Of a stretch of DNA of 12,968 nucleotides, positions 9,423 to 12,968 are shown one piece after another. Position 1 is the first letter of the stretch, and every line of letters begins with the position of its first letter. The DNA is from Escherichia coli. Lineage in GTDB: Bacteria; Pseudomonadota; Gammaproteobacteria; Enterobacterales; Enterobacteriaceae. The DNA lies in assembly GCF_003334355.1 (NCBI RefSeq), contig NZ_QOWP01000052.1. One strand, written 5' to 3'. The notes beneath the pieces were generated by a model. That model had not been told where the DNA came from. It made no database searches and worked only from the letters and a program-made list of their open reading frames with translations. Made by a program: the position numbers and the translations under genes.

Positions 9423-9435
9423 CACGTCTCCTCGG

Positions 9436-10023
9436 TTAATCGGTGGGTAGATGCTGAGTGATAAAGTGGCGGGTCAGGGAATTAGCGCGGGTTTTATCCA
9501 GCGGTTTGCCGCTCAGAGCCGCGCGCAGCCATAATCCATCAATCAGCGCGGCCAGGCCGTAGCCCGCTTCCTGTGCCTGTTCGCGCGGCAATTCGCGACG
9601 AAACTCGCTCACCAGATTCGACAGCAAGCGGCGGCTGCTGACCTGCTGTAAACGATAGAGCATCGGCTGATGCATACTGCTGGCCCAGAACGCCAGCCAG
9701 GCTTTCATCGCCGCACTGCTCACCTGCGTTTCATCGAAGTTTCCGCCAACAATCGCCTGTAATCGCTGCTCTGCACTGCCCTGCGGAAGTGCATGTAATC
9801 GATTCAAAACCGCGTCACGCAGCTGACTGGTGATATCGCGCATGGTTGCTTCCAGCAGACCATTTTTGTCCCTGAAATAGTGGCTGATGATCCCCGTAGA
9901 AACGCCTGCACGGCGGGCGATCTGCGCGATCGTTGCATCGTGCATGCCCACTTCATTTATTGCTTCCAGTGTGGCGTCGATCAGTTGTCTGCGCCGGATC
10001 GACTGCATCCCCAATTTGGGCAT
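9436..10023 (-). CDS. betI: TetR-family choline-responsive repressor BetI
   Basis: 195-aa product [50 protein letters not shown]..., with an N-terminal TetR helix-turn-helix. The track ORF begins 6 codons upstream at 10041. The start at 10023 is preferred because it has a GGAG 7-10 nt upstream and matches the length I recall for this family. Confidence 0.85.
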
Positions 10024-10151
10024 TTTCGCCACTCCATTCATCAGCGGTGTTTATCTATTAAAGCGGTTATTGATTGGACGTTCAATATAAAATGTGTCTT
10101 AATTGTTACGAATTTGATTTTAAATAGTAACAATAACAGTGGGGATACTGG
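10024..10151. promoter_or_regulatory. Divergent betI / betT promoter-operator region, including an imperfect dyad TTATTGATTGGACGTTCAATATAA (10067-10090)
   Basis: A 128-bp AT-rich spacer lies between the divergent starts. It contains the half-sites ATTGGAC / GTTCAAT in inverted orientation, typical of a TetR-family operator. By established knowledge BetI binds a dyad in this interval. Confidence 0.6.
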
Positions 10152-12185
10152 ATGACAGACCTTTCACACAGCAGGGAAAAGGACAAAATCAATCCGGTGG
10201 TGTTTTACACCTCCGCCGGACTGATTTTGTTGTTTTCCCTGACAACGATCCTGTTTCGCGACTTCTCGGCCCTGTGGATTGGCCGCACGCTGGACTGGGT
10301 TTCTAAAACCTTCGGTTGGTACTATCTGCTGGCGGCAACGCTCTATATTGTCTTTGTGGTCTGTATCGCTTGTTCGCGTTTTGGTTCGGTGAAGCTCGGG
10401 CCAGAACAATCCAAACCGGAATTCAGCCTGCTGAGTTGGGCGGCGATGCTGTTTGCTGCCGGGATCGGTATCGACCTGATGTTCTTCTCCGTAGCCGAAC
10501 CGGTAACGCAGTATATGCAGCCGCCGGAAGGCGCGGGACAGACGATTGAGGCCGCGCGTCAGGCGATGGTCTGGACGCTGTTTCACTACGGCTTAACCGG
10601 CTGGTCGATGTATGCGCTGATGGGCATGGCGCTCGGATACTTTAGCTATCGTTATAATTTGCCGCTCACCATCCGCTCGGCGCTGTACCCGATCTTCGGT
10701 AAACGGATTAACGGGCCGATAGGTCACTCAGTGGATATTGCAGCGGTGATCGGCACTATCTTCGGTATTGCCACTACGCTCGGTATCGGTGTGGTGCAGC
10801 TTAACTATGGCTTGAGCGTACTGTTTGATATTCCCGATTCGATGGCGGCAAAAGCGGCACTGATCGCCTTGTCGGTGATCATCGCCACTATCTCGGTGAC
10901 ATCCGGTGTCGATAAGGGCATTCGCGTGTTATCGGAGCTTAATGTCGCGCTGGCGCTGGGATTGATCCTGTTCGTGTTGTTTATGGGCGACACTTCGTTC
11001 CTGCTTAATGCACTGGTGCTGAATGTTGGCGACTATGTGAATCGCTTTATGGGCATGACGCTCAACAGTTTTGCCTTCGACCGTCCAGTTGAGTGGATGA
11101 ATAACTGGACGCTCTTCTTCTGGGCATGGTGGGTGGCATGGTCGCCGTTTGTCGGCTTGTTCCTGGCGCGTATCTCGCGTGGGCGTACCATTCGCCAGTT
11201 CGTGCTGGGCACGTTGATTATTCCGTTTACCTTCACGCTGTTATGGCTCTCGGTGTTCGGCAATAGCGCGCTGTATGAAATCATCCACGGCGGCGCGGCA
11301 TTTGCCGAGGAAGCGATGGTCCATCCGGAGCGCGGCTTCTACAGCCTGCTGGCGCAGTATCCGGCGTTTACCTTTAGCGCCTCCGTCGCCACCATTACTG
11401 GCCTGCTGTTTTATGTGACCTCGGCGGACTCCGGGGCGCTGGTGCTGGGGAATTTCACCTCGCAGCTTAAAGATATCAACAGCGACGCCCCCGGCTGGCT
11501 GCGCGTCTTCTGGTCGGTGGCGATTGGCCTGCTGACGCTCGGCATGCTGATGACTAACGGGATATCCGCGCTGCAAAACACCACGGTGATTATGGGGCTG
11601 CCGTTCAGCTTTGTGATCTTCTTCGTGATGGCGGGGTTGTATAAATCTCTGAAGGTAGAAGATTACCGCCGTGAAAGTGCCAACCGCGATACCGCACCGC
11701 GACCGCTGGGGCTTCAGGATCGCCTGAGCTGGAAAAAACGTCTCTCGCGCCTGATGAATTATCCGGGCACGCGTTACACTAAACAGATGATGGAGACGGT
11801 CTGTTACCCGGCAATGGAAGAAGTGGCGCAGGAGTTGCGGTTGCGCGGCGCGTACGTGGAGCTAAAAAGCCTGCCACCGGAAGAGGGACAGCAGTTGGGT
11901 CATCTGGATTTGTTGGTGCATATGGGCGAAGAGCAAAACTTTGTCTATCAGATTTGGCCGCAGCAATATTCGGTGCCGGGCTTTACCTACCGCGCACGCA
12001 GCGGTAAATCGACCTACTACCGGCTGGAAACCTTCCTGTTAGAAGGCAGCCAGGGCAACGACCTGATGGACTACAGCAAAGAGCAGGTGATCACCGATAT
12101 TCTTGACCAGTACGAGCGGCACCTTAACTTTATTCATCTCCATCGTGAAGCGCCGGGCCATAGCGTGATGTTCCCGGACGCGTGA
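10152..12185 (+). CDS. betT: High-affinity choline transporter BetT (BCCT family)
   Basis: 677-aa ORF with multiple hydrophobic transmembrane segments and a tryptophan-rich BCCT signature region (...WTLFFWAWWVAWSPFVGLFLARISRGRTIRQF...). A long hydrophilic C-terminal tail follows. Confidence 0.92.
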   Translation: MTDLSHSREKDKINPVVFYTSAGLILLFSLTTILFRDFSALWIGRTLDWVSKTFGWYYLLAATLYIVFVVCIACSRFGSVKLGPEQSKPEFSLLSWAAMLFAAGIGIDLMFFSVAEPVTQYMQPPEGAGQTIEAARQAMVWTLFHYGLTGWSMYALMGMALGYFSYRYNLPLTIRSALYPIFGKRINGPIGHSVDIAAVIGTIFGIATTLGIGVVQLNYGLSVLFDIPDSMAAKAALIALSVIIATISVTSGVDKGIRVLSELNVALALGLILFVLFMGDTSFLLNALVLNVGDYVNRFMGMTLNSFAFDRPVEWMNNWTLFFWAWWVAWSPFVGLFLARISRGRTIRQFVLGTLIIPFTFTLLWLSVFGNSALYEIIHGGAAFAEEAMVHPERGFYSLLAQYPAFTFSASVATITGLLFYVTSADSGALVLGNFTSQLKDINSDAPGWLRVFWSVAIGLLTLGMLMTNGISALQNTTVIMGLPFSFVIFFVMAGLYKSLKVEDYRRESANRDTAPRPLGLQDRLSWKKRLSRLMNYPGTRYTKQMMETVCYPAMEEVAQELRLRGAYVELKSLPPEEGQQLGHLDLLVHMGEEQNFVYQIWPQQYSVPGFTYRARSGKSTYYRLETFLLEGSQGNDLMDYSKEQVITDILDQYERHLNFIHLHREAPGHSVMFPDA

Positions 12186-12197
12186 TTGTTATTGCAT

Positions 12198-12234
12198 AAA
12201 ACAGCGCCATGTCTGCATATGGCGCTGTTTCTCC
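12198..12234 (+). terminator. Putative rho-independent terminator of betT
   Basis: The hairpin AAACAGCGCCAT-(gtctgcat)-ATGGCGCTGTTT starts 13 bp after the betT stop and is followed by TTTCTCC. The stem is GC-rich and perfect over 12 bp. Confidence 0.6.
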
Positions 12235-12891
12235 TACCTCTTGATACGTTATATCTATACGGTTAAGCCCTTAGTATCTATTGATGATTACCAGACAACA
12301 GATAATAAAAAAGAAAAGAACTATTGCAGCCCAAAACCTACATTTGGGCTGTTGCGAATGTTCAATAAGTTTAGTCTTATTTAATGTAAATATTGCTGAT
12401 CATTTGAAATGACGCATTATTCATGAGAAATGTGTATCGTAAATCAACTGAAATTAACGCAACCATTTGTTATTTAAGGTTTAATTATCTGTGTGTGATA
12501 TTTTATTGAATGTTTTAAATATTGTTTTTATTGGCATTGCTATAATATTGGTTATCATTTGCTGAATGGATTCAGTCTTAATGAGTGGGTTTTTAAGGGA
12601 CAGGCATAGAGTAATGATACGTATGCATAACCAACATCTTTACTCATTATGTCATTGAATGTTGACGCTATGTGTTTATGAGGGAGAGGTATTTTCAGTT
12701 GATCTGGATTGTTAAATTCATATAATGCGCCTTTGCTCATGAATGGATGCCAGTATGTAGTGGGGAATTATAAATATTGAAATAGTCCAACTACTTCTTT
12801 ATTACCAAAAATGAGTATCTGAATTTTAATATTGCATTCTTGCGTGATTATCTCCTGAGTTTGACTTGTGATTACCTTTTTAAGGTATTTA

Positions 12892-12968
12892 GGTAATGAC
12901 TCCAACTTATTGATAGTGTTTTATGTTCAGATAATGCCCGATGACTTTGTCATGCAGCTCCACCGATT
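12892..12968 (-). mobile_element. IS1 insertion sequence, right (IRR/insB 3') end; element continues beyond the window end
   Basis: 12892-12968 reads GGTAATGACTCCAACTTATTGATAGTGTTTTATGTTCAGATAATGCCCGATGACTTTGTCATGCAGCTCCACCGATT, which is the IS1 IRR read inward. It has the same orientation as the copy at 1-180. Confidence 0.9.
12907..12968 (-). CDS. insB: IS1 InsB (transposase) C-terminal end; partial at window edge
   Basis: Minus-strand translation gives ...SVELHDKVIGHYLNIKHYQ*, with the TAA stop (complement of 12907-12909) lying inside the terminal inverted repeat, as in IS1. Confidence 0.7.
   Translation of the reverse strand, partial: SVELHDKVIGHYLNIKHYQ

Noticed and set aside
7950-9425. 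betB start at GTG 9425 (MMSR...)
   Set aside because: The adjacent ATG at 9422 is preceded by GAGGAG at suitable spacing. The one-codon difference is minor.
9436-10041. 201-aa version of betI starting at 10041
   Set aside because: The internal ATG at 10023 (MPKLGMQ...) has the better Shine-Dalgarno spacing and matches the family length I recall. This is uncertain without alignment.
12555-12740. 61-aa minus-strand ORF in the AT-rich tract after betT
   Set aside because: No Shine-Dalgarno upstream, low-complexity AT-rich codons, and no recognisable motif. It is likely non-coding regulatory DNA.
1-12968. CRISPR array or tandem repeats
   Set aside because: No regularly spaced direct repeats were seen. 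The only repeats are the two IS1 ends and short local palindromes.

Overview
This window is an enterobacterial (Escherichia/Shigella-type) chromosomal segment, recognised by reading the translated ORFs and junction sequences directly; no database search was run. In order it holds: the IRL/insA end of an IS1 copy (1-180, minus orientation) inserted into and truncating rclA/ykgC; the intact AraC-family redox regulator rclR; the three-gene lutABC-like Fe-S oxidoreductase operon ykgEFG; the convergent membrane-protein gene ykgH; the complete osmoprotectant locus betA-betB-betI (minus) with divergent betT (plus); an AT-rich intergenic tract; and the IRR/insB end of a second IS1 copy (12892-12968) in the same orientation. 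I see no CRISPR array, tRNA/rRNA or obvious novel defence system. The notable structure is that the whole 12.7-kb bet/ykg block is bracketed by two directly oriented IS1 copies, one of which has inactivated rclA. Most remaining long ORFs in the six-frame track are antisense or overlap artefacts inside these genes.
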